46,333 nucleotides of DNA from Octopus bimaculoides (taxonomy: Eukaryota): positions 133,234,616 through 133,280,948 of the forward strand of contig NC_068984.1 of assembly GCF_001194135.2 (NCBI RefSeq), written 5' to 3'. Below the pieces are notes generated by a model. It made no database searches. It worked only from the letters and a program-made list of their open reading frames with translations, and was not told where the DNA came from. Position 1 is the first letter of the stretch. Every line of letters begins with the position of its first letter. Position numbers and translations under genes: made by a program. This document shows positions 32,801 through 43,600 of this stretch, one piece after another.

Positions 32801-33537
32801 AACTAGCCCTTCCTTTAAAATTTCAGGCCTAACAATTTAAGATTACTTATATTACACTAATGTTAAATACATATCTTTCTCTGCAGGTGCTCTGTTACTA
32901 AGACATGCTACTTCACCTGAGTCTACACCATCAGATGTCAAAACAGCTCTGTAGTAAGTGAATATTGTTGATATAGTATATCTAAGTATCTTCATCATCA
33001 TTTTCATTATTTAACATCTGTTTTCCATGCTGTCATAGGTTGAATGGTCACGTGATCTGCTAGAGATAATTGCTAATTCTCTCTTATATTATACCCTATC
33101 ATCTGAAACAAAGCAGAACACAATAGATTATAAATATTCTTGTACACAGGGAATCTGAAATGAAATGCTGGGGCACCATTGAACATATGCTTGTTCAAGC
33201 TGGACTGACCTACAGCTAGATAACAATAATGCATCTCTTACACAAGTAACACTTCGATAGTCCCACACATACATGTATACATATACATATATAAAATGTG
33301 TGTGTGAGGGAGAGAGAGTGTGTGTGTGTGTGTGAAGGAGAGAGTGTGTGTGTGTGTGAAGGAGAGAGTGTGTGTGTGTTTGAGATACCTGTTAATTTAC
33401 CTTAAAATTTTATCTTTTTCCATTACAGTTGGTCAGAAATGGAACTCACTCCATTTTGCAATGGAATCAAGAAAGGGGCCTACCATTCAGACAACCTGAC
33501 ATCAGAATTTGATCTTGTTTTTGGAAAACACACATGA
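17838..33537 (+). CDS. aidB: AidB/ACDH-11-like acyl-CoA dehydrogenase (often labelled ACAD11-like), 13 exons, 623 aa
   Basis: join(17838-18089,20860-21092,21856-21955,23135-23258,24837-24979,26298-26447,26708-26802,27896-27995,28927-29067,30074-30166,31658-31922,32887-32953,33429-33537) = 1872 nt, all GT-AG and phase-consistent. Motifs: [95 protein letters not shown]. Confidence 0.95.
18688..19425 (+). mobile_element. Decayed RLE-type (R4/Dong-like) non-LTR retrotransposon fragment
   Basis: FGILDWT...[31 protein letters not shown] (RT thumb) and [30 protein letters not shown] (PD..D..E-type endonuclease motif). Confidence 0.7.
19890..20140 (+). mobile_element. Decayed RLE-type (R2/NeSL-like) retrotransposon zinc-knuckle fragment
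   Basis: [17 protein letters not shown]....GTLKHC.....*YTWQYNQVL resembles 'TLPT..NL.RW...C.LC...TL.H....C....RYTWRHN.VL'. Confidence 0.55.
20271..20539. mobile_element. hAT/Charlie-like MITE; truncated second copy at 20585-~20700
   Basis: TIRs CAGTGGCTCCCAAA / TTTGGGAACCATTG; a related left end CAGTGGTTCTCAA is also at 5606. Confidence 0.7.
20860..21092 (+). CDS. aidB: ACAD exon 2
   Basis: [16 protein letters not shown]...[21 protein letters not shown]...YERKYKEY; TTCAG acceptor; weak donor AG|GTCTCT. Confidence 0.92.
21570..21790 (+). mobile_element. SINE family D, diverged
   Basis: GAATTCAAATTC...GGGGTCGATAAAATAAGTA...GTGCCAAAATTTGAAACC. Confidence 0.6.
21856..21955 (+). CDS. aidB: ACAD exon 3
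   Basis: [33 protein letters not shown]. Confidence 0.95.
22170..22410 (+). mobile_element. Decayed CR1/L2-like LINE 3' fragment
   Basis: Degenerate translation ...[16 protein letters not shown]...QTSHFA, similar to 16420-16690 and 27030-27480. Confidence 0.45.
22776..22920 (-). mobile_element. tRNA-derived SINE 5' half
   Basis: TGGCTTAGTGGTTAGG A box, GGTTTCAATTCC B box, then GTTGCTCCAGTCCACTCAGC body. Confidence 0.65.
23135..23258 (+). CDS. aidB: ACAD exon 4
   Basis: [41 protein letters not shown]. Confidence 0.95.
23510..23820 (-). mobile_element. SINE family C 5' half plus (CA/TA)n
   Basis: Same head as 11360-11525. Confidence 0.7.
24837..24979 (+). CDS. aidB: ACAD exon 5
   Basis: [47 protein letters not shown]. 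Confidence 0.95.
25545..25924 (+). mobile_element. Family A RTE 3' end with three ~64-bp subrepeats
   Basis: Three GTAAAAAGCACCATT...GCCAGT...ACTGGC units, then the core and (GAT)n. Confidence 0.75.
26298..26447 (+). CDS. aidB: ACAD exon 6
   Basis: [50 protein letters not shown]. Confidence 0.95.
26708..26802 (+). CDS. aidB: ACAD exon 7
   Basis: [31 protein letters not shown]. Confidence 0.95.
27030..27480 (-). mobile_element. Decayed CR1/L2-like LINE 3' fragment
   Basis: [11 protein letters not shown]...[22 protein letters not shown]...NHYA*FFLPRTS. Confidence 0.6.
27896..27995 (+). CDS. aidB: ACAD exon 8
   Basis: [33 protein letters not shown]. Confidence 0.94.
28536..28769 (+). mobile_element. 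TTAA MITE family E
   Basis: Ends AATGCTAAAGGGTTAA; left end degenerate. Confidence 0.7.
28927..29067 (+). CDS. aidB: ACAD exon 9
   Basis: [18 protein letters not shown]...[16 protein letters not shown]. Confidence 0.95.
30074..30166 (+). CDS. aidB: ACAD exon 10
   Basis: [31 protein letters not shown]. Confidence 0.96.
30480..30672 (-). mobile_element. Family A RTE 3' end, diverged
   Basis: (CAT)n TTTAACGTCC...GCCCTTCCTAAC. Confidence 0.6.
30790..30991 (+). mobile_element. TTAA MITE family E
   Basis: CAATCCTTTAGCATT...AATGCTATAGGGTTAA. Confidence 0.7.
31226..31570 (-). mobile_element. Family A RTE LINE 3' fragment with ORF terminus
   Basis: [25 protein letters not shown]...IAVLKKT followed by the family A core. 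Confidence 0.7.
31658..31922 (+). CDS. aidB: ACAD exon 11
   Basis: [20 protein letters not shown]...[14 protein letters not shown], containing the catalytic-Glu motif. Confidence 0.96.
32086..32316. mobile_element. TTAA-flanked MITE, second family
   Basis: TTAACCCTTTCAATACC...GTAACGAAAGGGTTAA. Confidence 0.75.
32887..32953 (+). CDS. aidB: ACAD exon 12
   Basis: [21 protein letters not shown]; CTGCAG acceptor, GTAAGT donor. Confidence 0.88.
33429..33537 (+). CDS. aidB: ACAD exon 13 (terminal, TGA stop)
   Basis: [35 protein letters not shown]; TTACAG acceptor, phase 2 matches exon 12; AATAAA at 33643-33648. Confidence 0.8.
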
Positions 33538-34918
33538 AAAGATAGCATAAAACCCTGAAACCAGAAACCTGATAAAATACAAATACAAGCAATTACATAA
33601 TACAGGAATTTAGACACTTCTGGGTAGCTTATGTAATACAGAAATAAAATCCAGGCTCAACTGAAAAAACTGTGGAATTGCTACATCATAGATGACAATG
33701 GTGATGATGATGATAACATTGATGGTGGTGGAGGTGGTGGTTTGGGAGAAGGAAGTAAATGTCTACAATGAGTCATTTATAAGATTAAACGTTAAATCTA
33801 TTAAAGTTTTCATTAAATAACACATTTGAAAAACTGAAAAATCTGATGTTTTCATTTGTGTTGACAAGGAATTCATTTCCACAGCCACAGAGTTTCAAGT
33901 TCAATCTAACTGCATGCATGTTACCTTGAGCAAGTTTCTTCAACTACAGCTTCAGAACTGAACTACACACAGTGAAAAATAATATAAATCCATTTGTAGG
34001 ATTTAAGTCAGGTTGTTATGTGTTGGTAGTGCTACCGGTAAACAATGTAGACTGGTACTACCTGCAGCAGATACCAAAGTTACGTTGTCACAATGTGGGA
34101 CATATCGATTATATACATATATTTTGTTGCATCTTGGGTGGGTCATTACATTGATAATAAACACATGCACTAGTTCTACTTCACCTCTTTTATTGTTACT
34201 TGTCAACTGGTTAATTATTGCAATAGTTCAGCTAGTACAACAGAGGACTGATGTAGTTACTGTAAAAATTGACATTCTTAGGTTGGTGGTTAAAATCCAT
34301 CTTGTGAGAATAACCATTTTAGAAAGAAGACAGACCTAAACGTGTGATCAGTTAACTGGAGAATTAATCAAACAATTAGTTAATTGGTTAAATAGTTAAC
34401 CAAATGAGAAATAAATAATAAAGAAATGAAACAGAAACAGAACCAGTGTGTGAGTTTATTACAAGCATAATGACCCTCTCAAGAGACAACAAAATGTTTC
34501 AATACACAGGTTCACATCAAGAATCTTGCAAATCAAATACAAAAATGAAACATACATACACATATACTTACATCTTTTATCTTTTACTTGTTTCAGTCAT
34601 TAGACTGTGGCCATGCTGGGGCACTGCCTTGAAGAATTTTAGTCAAATGAATCAATTCCATTACTTATTTTCTTAGTTACAGGGAAGTAACTAAGTAACA
34701 TACATCGTAGTTATAACCATCCTGTCCTTTTCCCAGACACAGCACACTTGGGATCATATTATCCAATAGAAACATTTTTTTTCTAAGGCAGTAAAGTGAC
34801 ATGAAGGAAATTTAGTTACTATTTCTAGTGGGTTGACCAAGTAAAGGTTCCTTCATTGGTTCTGAATGTGTAGTATAATGCTGGATGAGTAACTGTGTTG
34901 TCATGAGTAAAATTATAT

Positions 34919-35237
34919 GAGGCACAGGCACGGCTGTGTAGTAAGAAATTTGCTTCCCAACCACATAATTCTGGGTTCAGTCCTACTTGGGCAAGTGTCT
35001 TCTATAATAGCCCTGGGCCGACCAAAGCCTTGTGAGTAGATTTGGTGGACGAAAACTGAAAGAGACCCATCGTATATATGTGTGTGTCTTTGTTTGTCCC
35101 CCAAAACCATTTGACAACTGGTGTTGGTGTGTTTATGTCCCCATAACTAAGCAGTTCAGGCTTTAAAAAAATAAGTACTGAGGTCAATTGATTCGGCTAA
35201 AATCCTTCAATGCCTCAGCATGACCAAAACAAATAAA
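34919..35237 (+). mobile_element. SINE family C, near full length, with unexpanded internal TA/TG seed
   Basis: Head CAGGCACGGCTGTGTAGTAAGAA, GGGTTCAGTCC B-box-like motif, TTGGGCAAGTG, and 3' body. Confidence 0.75.
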
Positions 35238-35680
35238 ACCATCATCATCATGGGTTGGACGATTTGACTGAGGACTGGTGAACTGGATGGCTGCACCACT
35301 CTGAAAGTGTAGTGGGTGCTTTTACGTGCCACCATCATCGTTCAACGTCTGTTTTCGATGCTGGCATGGGTTGGACAGTTTGACAAGAGCTGACCAGCTG
35401 AAGGGCTGTTCAGGTTCCATGTCTGTTTTCACATGATTTCTATGGCTGGATGCCCTTCCTATTGCCAACCACTTTACAGAGTGTACTGGGTGGTTGTATG
35501 CAGCATCAGCACTTACAAGCCTGCAAGCTTAAGGGTGCTCAGCTGGAGAGGGTTGCAAGGAATGAGCCTGTGTGCAAGGGCAACCATGCTTTTACTTAGC
35601 TTAACGTGTCTTTTCAAACACAGCAAACTGCCAGGAGTCTTGGTCCCCTGTCATCCCAACGTTCGTAGATCCTTTCTCAA
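35237..35680 (-). mobile_element. Family A RTE 3' fragments (two adjacent)
   Basis: GDQDSWQFAVFEKTR followed by the family A core. Confidence 0.65.
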
Positions 35681-35689
35681 CATATATAC

Positions 35690-35965
35690 ACATAGTGCCA
35701 AGGACTCCAAATTTGCCATCAAGATGTAGGACAAGATACTGCAATAGCCTGGGCTTCAGAGGTCCACAGCTCTTCAATATCCTCCCGAAGGACCTGAGAG
35801 ACCTGCATGCGGTAGATGTAGGTGTCTTCAAGATGAGGCTGGACCTCTTCCTGTCAGGTGTCCCAGATGAACCAACTTCATGGCAGGAGGTGCAGATGAG
35901 AGGAGGTGCAGATGAGAGCAGCTGCATCAAACTCTCTCATGCACCAAATGTCAATTCCTGAAGTA
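35690..35965 (+). mobile_element. CR1/L2-like LINE ORF2 C-terminal fragment
   Basis: NSLGFRGPQLFNILPKDLRDLHAVDVGVFKMRLDLFLSGVPDEP. Confidence 0.7.
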
Positions 35966-36804
35966 AAATTGTGTAGCAACAACAGGCAGTGCCCCAGCAT
36001 GGCCACAGCTCACGAGCTGAAACTAGATAAAATGAAATGAAAATGAAAAATGATATACACACATACATACAAGATGGGCTTCCATACAGTTTCTGTCAAC
36101 CAGATTCAATCACAAAGCAAAGCATTGGTTTATCAGCGACTTTAATAGATGACACTTACTCAAGGTATTGCAGAGTGGGACTGAACCGAAAACTACATGG
36201 TTGCAAACAAAGCTTCTTAACCACACAGCCATGCTCGTGGTTAAATACTAATTAGATTAAATACTAACGAATTGTCCTGTTTTATGGGTTAGATTCTTGT
36301 TTTAACAACAACAATAACAACAAGAGCAGCATATTTATTATTTGTTATTTTTTTTTTTTTAGCTTTTTATTGAAACTTTACTAAGATCAAAAGACAGTGT
36401 TACCATATATGACAAGATTGGTTGCATCTACCACAGATGATAATGCTGCAAAGGACAGAGTGTAACAAGCTCAACTCCTTGCAAAGCAGTTATGTTGCTC
36501 ACAAAGCCACAAAGATAAATGTTAAAAGTAACATTCTGACAAGTTGCTTGTGAAGATACATTTACAAGAGCCAGAGAAGAAACATGAGCAAGAAAATACA
36601 AACAGACCAAGCAATAATCAACTATATTGAAACGATGTAAGAAGTCCGGTGGACACGAGAGATTACTGGTCCAAACAGCAAAATCTAAACCTACAAGTGG
36701 CAATTTAGAGTTGCACTAAGAAAAAAATTATTTTTTTCTTAGTAATTTTTTTCTTTTTAATTTTTTTTTCTTCTTTTTTTTACAATCTAAAAATGTAATT
36801 TTTT

Positions 36805-37360
36805 NNNNNNNNNNNNNNNNNNNNNNNNNNNNNNNNNNNNNNNNNNNNNNNNNNNNNNNNNNNNNNNNNNNNNNNNNNNNNNNNNNNNNNNNNNNNNNNN
36901 NNNNNNNNNNNNNNNNNNNNNNNNNNNNNNNNNNNNNNNNNNNNNNNNNNNNNNNNNNNNNNNNNNNNNNNNNNNNNNNNNNNNNNNNNNNNNNNNNNNN
37001 NNNNNNNNNNNNNNNNNNNNNNNNNNNNNNNNNNNNNNNNNNNNNNNNNNNNNNNNNNNNNNNNNNNNNNNNNNNNNNNNNNNNNNNNNNNNNNNNNNNN
37101 NNNNNNNNNNNNNNNNNNNNNNNNNNNNNNNNNNNNNNNNNNNNNNNNNNNNNNNNNNNNNNNNNNNNNNNNNNNNNNNNNNNNNNNNNNNNNNNNNNNN
37201 NNNNNNNNNNNNNNNNNNNNNNNNNNNNNNNNNNNNNNNNNNNNNNNNNNNNNNNNNNNNNNNNNNNNNNNNNNNNNNNNNNNNNNNNNNNNNNNNNNNN
37301 NNNNNNNNNNNNNNNNNNNNNNNNNNNNNNNNNNNNNNNNNNNNNNNNNNNNNNNNNNNN
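36805..37360. other. Assembly gap (N-run); others at 7966-8043, 9402-9516, 29409-29563 and 38372-38425
   Basis: Directly visible. Confidence 1.
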
Positions 37361-38055
37361 ATTAGATAAGGATTTAAGAAAACAAATAAAATAAAAACTA
37401 AGTAATATTTCAACTATATATCTCACATAATATACAATTAACAGCTTGGTATTACTATCAGCTATGGAGAGACATAGGTTATAAACTTATAAAAGTGTCA
37501 TTACTTGCTCAATGGTAATTAGCATTAGAAAAACTTTAATGAAAAGAAAATATCTCTGATAATAATAATAATGAGCTACCCAAGAATTTCTTTTCCAAAC
37601 TAACCTACAAAAATGCAATCAAAAAAATTATAAATTCTAAAATTATATTAGACACAGATGTTTAGATTCTTTTTAATATGGCAATATTACATTTTAAATT
37701 TCATTATTTAAAATCAAAATTGATTTGTAAAATTTGAAATCAAAACTGCTTTGTAAAAAAAAAAAAAAAAAATGAAAATAATTAATGTTGAATGCAGGGA
37801 AACTGAATGCAGAAGAGAAAAATATGTGATAGAATTTCCTGGAGTAGATCGATTGCTTGCAAGTAAATAGATGTTAACTTTTGGGTGGGGGGACAGGGTA
37901 AAATTTGGCTTATGTAGTCAACATTAACGTGCAAGCATTCCACAGAATATTGTCATCAAACCTTCGGCAGAAAACAAGAAAATGGAACCAGTGATAGATG
38001 AGCAATAGGGTGTTAGGATGAGGGTTGAAAATAAAAAGTGTTTTTTGAATTTGGT

Positions 38056-38095
<40 letters not shown>

Positions 38096-38425
38096 TGTAA
38101 ACCAATGTCAGAGAAGAGGCAGAAGGAAAGAAAAGTGTCAGTGAAGAAACAGATTGGCTTTCAGAAATAGTTGACAGAGTGGTATATGACTTCAAAAACA
38201 TTTAATACCGGTTGTTGTTGCTGTTTCATTTATATATATATATATATATATATGTACATACATATATACACAATTTATATATATATATATATATATATAT
38301 GTACAAACACATATACACAATTTATATATATATATATATATGCGTGTAAATAAATATATATGTATATATCANNNNNNNNNNNNNNNNNNNNNNNNNNNNN
38401 NNNNNNNNNNNNNNNNNNNNNNNNN

Positions 38426-38462
<37 letters not shown>

Positions 38463-39078
38463 TATTGTTGATATTTTCTTTTCTGAGAGATGGAGGGTTT
38501 AGACAAACAAAAAATAAAAGAGTAAAATACTACAACAGTGTAAAAAGATGTTGAGATATACATTTAAAAAAAAAAAAAAAAAAAATGTCAGCAGTTAAAA
38601 TTTGTTGGGAATATAGTAAAAAGTTGTGTTTAAAACTTAGTAAAGAAAGAAATAGAAACACTGCAGTAGTGTGGACATAAAGCGTGGCTGTTAAGTCTGG
38701 TAGTGTAACCAACATATATGAATCACTGCCCCATTGGTACAGCCCTGATGGACCACTGCACAGTTCTGATTGTGGATGGCTGTACAGTTGGTTCAGTTGT
38801 CAATGATTGTGGGCCAGCATACACTTGGTACAGTTCTGATAGAGCTATAACCAGATGATGTATTTAATGTACATCGACAAACCTGAAAACTAAACAGTAT
38901 GTAACCATGGTCTAGAGATTAAGACAATTAGGCATTGCTGGTTGGAGACTGATTATCTGACGTGGCTGACTCGACATTCAGCCTGCTTGGGCAACAGTAT
39001 TTTTTGGTGCTGGAAGCAAACACAAGCATACTCACAGACACATAGAGATAGAAAGAATGAGATTACAGTTTATTACGA

Positions 39079-39440
39079 GGAGGCGCAATGGCCCAGTGGT
39101 TAGGGCAGCGGACTCACGGTCGTAGGATCGCAGTTTCGATTCCCAGACCGGGCGTTGTGAGTGTTTATTGAGCAAAAACACCTAAAGTTCCATGAGGCTC
39201 CGGCAGGGGATGGTGGCGAACCCTGCTGTACTCTTCTACCACAACTTTCTCTCACTCTTTCTTCCTGTTTCTGTTGTGCCTGTAATTCAAAGGGTCAGCC
39301 TTGTCGCACTCTGTGTCACGCTGAATATCCCGAGAACTACGTTAAGGGTACACGTATCTGTGGAGTGCTCAGCCACTTGCACATTAATTTCACGAGCAGG
39401 CTGTTCCGTTGATCAGATCGACTGGAACCCTCGACGTCGT
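39079..39440 (+). mobile_element. tRNA-derived SINE family B with 11-bp TSD
   Basis: Near-identical to 2660-3016; ACAGTTTATTA at 39065-39075 and 39448-39458. Confidence 0.87.
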
Positions 39441-39877
39441 GCCAACAACAGTTTATTAATTGATCATAATTGACATAAACACTTTCTCTCTCCTCAAACA
39501 CTTAAACAGGGAACAAGAAAGAGAAAACAAGGAGTACATTAAAACATCTGCCATCAAATGAGTCAGGATCACCAAAACAATTCTGCCAAAAACATCTCAT
39601 GCCCTATCACCTATAACAATAGGCGTATATAACTGACAAGACAGAGAGGACAACCAAATTAATGGAGTGCTGCTAACAAGGACAACAACAGCCAATGTTA
39701 CTGACATTTAAAATGGAGACAACAGAAATTGGTGCAACTGCTGCTTTGCAATCTGAGAAATGACATTAGATGTTAGAAATTGCAACATTTTATTTGTTAA
39801 CTCGACTGTTTGTCATGGCTTACAGAAATTCTTGCATCAGGATAAGAATTTGCCACAAGTGTTGAATATTCATCAGT

Positions 39878-40010
39878 GTCATCATCATCATCATCATCAC
39901 TACTTAACGCTAGCATGGGTTGGAGGATTCAACAGGAGCTGGCAAGAAAGAGAGTAATGCCAGGCTCCAATGTCTTCTTTGGCATGGTTTCTACAGCTGG
40001 ATACCTTCCC
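39878..40010 (-). mobile_element. Family A RTE 3' end, diverged
   Basis: (CAT)n...GCTAGCATGGGTTGGA...TTTCTACAGCTGGATACC. Confidence 0.55.
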
Positions 40011-40379
40011 TAAGAACCTTTCTTACTCTCCTATAATAAATGTTATTGCATGTGTATGTTGTTGTTTTTCTTTCTTTGGTTTGGATGAAGGGGCTTTATC
40101 TATGGCCTTTGCAGATCTAAGAGATTTGAGGTGGATGCAACTAACATTCTTGAACAGCTGCAAGTAAAACATGGCTACGGTGGGACATTAATAATATTCC
40201 TGCATCCCCCCCCCACTAACATGAGTTAGCCAGATGCCCTTCCTGCTGATAATCCTTACCCATTTATCAAGTAAGGGATCTCTTATATTTCCTGTGTTCC
40301 AAGGAACAAAAGCGGCAAATAATTTTTTCACAGGGGACATGACAATATCACTGCCTGTAGCTTACAAGTTCTTAAGAAC

Positions 40380-40419
40380 CACAAATGTATACAAACACAC
40401 ACATATTATCTCTCTCTCC

Positions 40420-40456
<37 letters not shown>

Positions 40457-40600
40457 TAATATATTTATACAAGGGGCTTCTTTCAGTTTCCGCCGACCAA
40501 ATCAACACATAAGGCTTTGACCAGTATTGTGCAGTGGGACTGAACCCAACACTATATGGTTTGTAAACAAACTCCTTAACTGCACACCCATGCCTGCAAC
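40380..40600 (-). mobile_element. SINE family C 5' half plus (TA/CA)n
   Basis: CTTCTTTCAGTTTCC...GTGGGACTGAACCC...CCATGCCTGC. Confidence 0.65.
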
Positions 40601-43600
40601 TTATACATATATAAAACATGGGCAAGGAGGAACCACCTATATAAGTCTGTGTGTGCAAGTGCGTGCATGTGCACCCATGCACATAAAACCATGTGCTAGT
40701 AAAGGCTTGTGAGCCTGCAGCAACTCAAGTAACCATTACAGCACATGTACCATATACTTGTATGCATGACTCAAACACAGTCAAATCTAAAACGTTCCAC
40801 TCATGATCAAGTAACCAACATACCTACTTAACTCCAGGTAAGTTGATGCCAGGTTGTACATGTTTCAAGCAATTCATTAGCCCACAGAGCTGAGTTTAAG
40901 TTACATCACATACTGAAGAGAAGACCTGTTGGTGGATATATTTCAGTTCAACTAGCAATGGTGAGTTGCAGTATTTCAGATACGCACACACATATACAAA
41001 ACTACAGTGTTAAAATCACTGTAATCACTAGAAACATATGTATTTGTTTTATTCACTTTCACTTTAATATTGTCTACCATTTACCAGCTGGTAACTGATA
41101 ATTTATTCCACTGTATCCCAGCTTTAGTGACCAGGCTGTAGATTTACAACAAAAGACTGGTACCTACAATTTACATATACATACACAAGCATGAATATTA
41201 ATAAGCTGAAAGTGAATACAATAGTGTTTGGGACATTTAATGGCTATAATGATCCTACCATGATGTAGTTGGTTCAGCCCTGATGCATAATCTCAGATCA
41301 AACCACTTGCTGAACAAGTGCCGAGCAGCATAGATGTGGCAATAATGGTTGCCTTTTGCAGCAGGTTTTCAGAGGACTTAAAACTACCCATGCTGCTGAC
41401 ACGTCTTCATTCCATTATGGATTTTTTTTTTTTTTTGGCTTTTTCAGTATTGTATGCAAAACATAATACATATGCTAAGCCTGAAGTCTTTTAAAGTAAA
41501 AAACAAAAAGGCCTTGTGCAGGCCCAATCTCGCTCTCTGAACAACATATGCATTCACCCAAAAAGAACAACTAGTCTACATCATTGGATAGGAACAGACT
41601 TTAAGATGTTACGATACAGCCTTCACTCTTCTAGAAATATTTAAACAAAGAATAGGGTTCTCTCTCTCTCTTACATATACATATACCCAGGCCTATTACC
41701 CATTTTTTTTCAGGGGGTAGCCACAATAAGACACACACCAGGCATTCCATTCATTTCCCAGCTCAAAGGGGTGAGCACCCTTCTATGCACGGGTCAAGGC
41801 ATAAAATGCAACCCCCAATATCTCTCTCTCACTCACACACATCCTGCCACAAGTGCTTCACAGTAGTCCACGGGCAAGGTACTTAACTCTTAATAAGCTT
41901 GAGTACCTAGCTACTAGTATAATGCACCCTTGTAAGCAATGGTATCATTTCACAATTGGAGAATATTACACTGCTTGTAGTACTTGATTTTAAATTCCAC
42001 CCCTACCCTGGGTATGGCCCTATAAGGAATTAGATCCTACATTTATCTGTATGCCCAAGATATACCATGGCTGTTATCATAATCTTTGACATACATGTAT
42101 GATGATGGAAGACATTCTGGTGTCTGAATATATATAGTGTGTGAATTGTGTGTATGAAACACTTTTTTCTTATGTCATACAGAAGAGTTTTGGTTTTGTA
42201 AGAGGAAGAAAACAATGGTGTAAGACCACATTACAAGTTCAAATATTGAATGCAGTAAAAATGAATGAATCCTAATGCTATTTCAACCCAGAAATTTAAC
42301 CTACCGAAGTAACAAACAACTGACTGTTGTATATTTAACCCAAATCCCTAACACCTGAGCCAAATCCATCAAACCTTTGTGCAAGTTATGACAGCAAATT
42401 GCAAGATACTTTAGTTTCAATTTGACATATACATCAAAACACACCACATTCGTGTGGCCTGTCCTCTAAAAGACATGAACTCTGTAACAAACACCTGGCA
42501 ACTATTTGACTATGTCAACCAGGCTTTAATGTTTTTGTTACCAACTTAACTACCCTGCCATTCTCTCGCTCTCTCTCTCTCTTCCTCACATCTCCACATT
42601 AACGAAGAAGTAGGAATCAAAACAATAATGTAGAAACTATAACTCAGACACTACACAGTAAAATTATTGTTACAGCACATTCCAGTTAAGAATAAACAAT
42701 CATTTATTAATGCCCTAAGATTATTAACCTTTCAATATTTTCAAACTATTTTCTCTCACTCTCATACGCCCATATCAAAACATGAAACAAAACCAAAATT
42801 TTCTTAATAAAACTCTTCTTTTTTTCTACACTATTATATGACATTAAATGATGCAGCTGGCTTTTTGTGTTGTTGTTTTAAAAAAATAGGAACACACTTC
42901 ATACATAAATATTCCTCCAGTATAGCCTTACATGTGATGGACAAACTAAAGAACTAAAAATTATCTGCACACCATTCTATTTTTTAATAGCCATTCTAAT
43001 TAAACAAATAACCTGGTTGCATAAGTGGTTATGAACTTGTGACATCTCATGACATTTCCTTTTTATTTCCTACTGGTCAAGCATGAGAGAAAAAGGGAGA
43101 GAAGGGAGTGTGCTTTATAGGAGAGAGATGCTGTGTTAGGTTGGGCCAACTAGACACAGATGTATGTGTAACTGCTATACATGTGTGTGTTTATGTTAGG
43201 CTAAGATGTAAATGGAGAATAATTTTTTTTTTTTTTAAATGTTTTAAAAGCTAAAAATTCTGAGTGTCTAAGTATTATCAATCAATATCAGATATTAACA
43301 CACCAACAAAGTATTAGACACTGTCCTATTTTCATACAATGAAAAGAATGAAACAATATGTAGACACTGCTGCAGTGTTTAGTGACATTAAAGTTTGGCT
43401 TTGTTAGACATTGCTGTGCTGTTTCATCTGACATTGATAAACTTAACCGAGTAAAATGTCTGATACAAAAGAGGATGCTATTTTGGACTTAACAAACTTA
43501 TGAGAAGAAATTACATCCAAAGTCCACCTCTATTGGAAACCGCCAGCCTGTTGAAGAGTCTGCAACTCTGAGTTTAATCTTAACAAACACTTCAGCACCA

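Noticed and set aside
17838-33537. Horizontal transfer of 'bacterial' aidB/psuG genes or a prokaryotic operon
   Set aside because: Both genes are intron-rich with normal spliceosomal signals and have known eukaryotic homologs; nothing here indicates recent transfer.
36728-37426. 200+ aa ORFs in the track (also 9349-9654 and 29377-29696)
   Set aside because: Artefacts of N-gaps translated as X.
40824-40925. Candidate minus-strand exons with AG/GT boundaries (also 39538-39610 and from 38882)
   Set aside because: Stop codons in all three frames, weak pyrimidine tracts or donors, and no recognisable protein.
41255-41315. C/D-box-like ATGATG...CTGA motifs
   Set aside because: The C box is imperfect, there is no convincing terminal stem or rRNA-complementary guide, and such motifs occur by chance.
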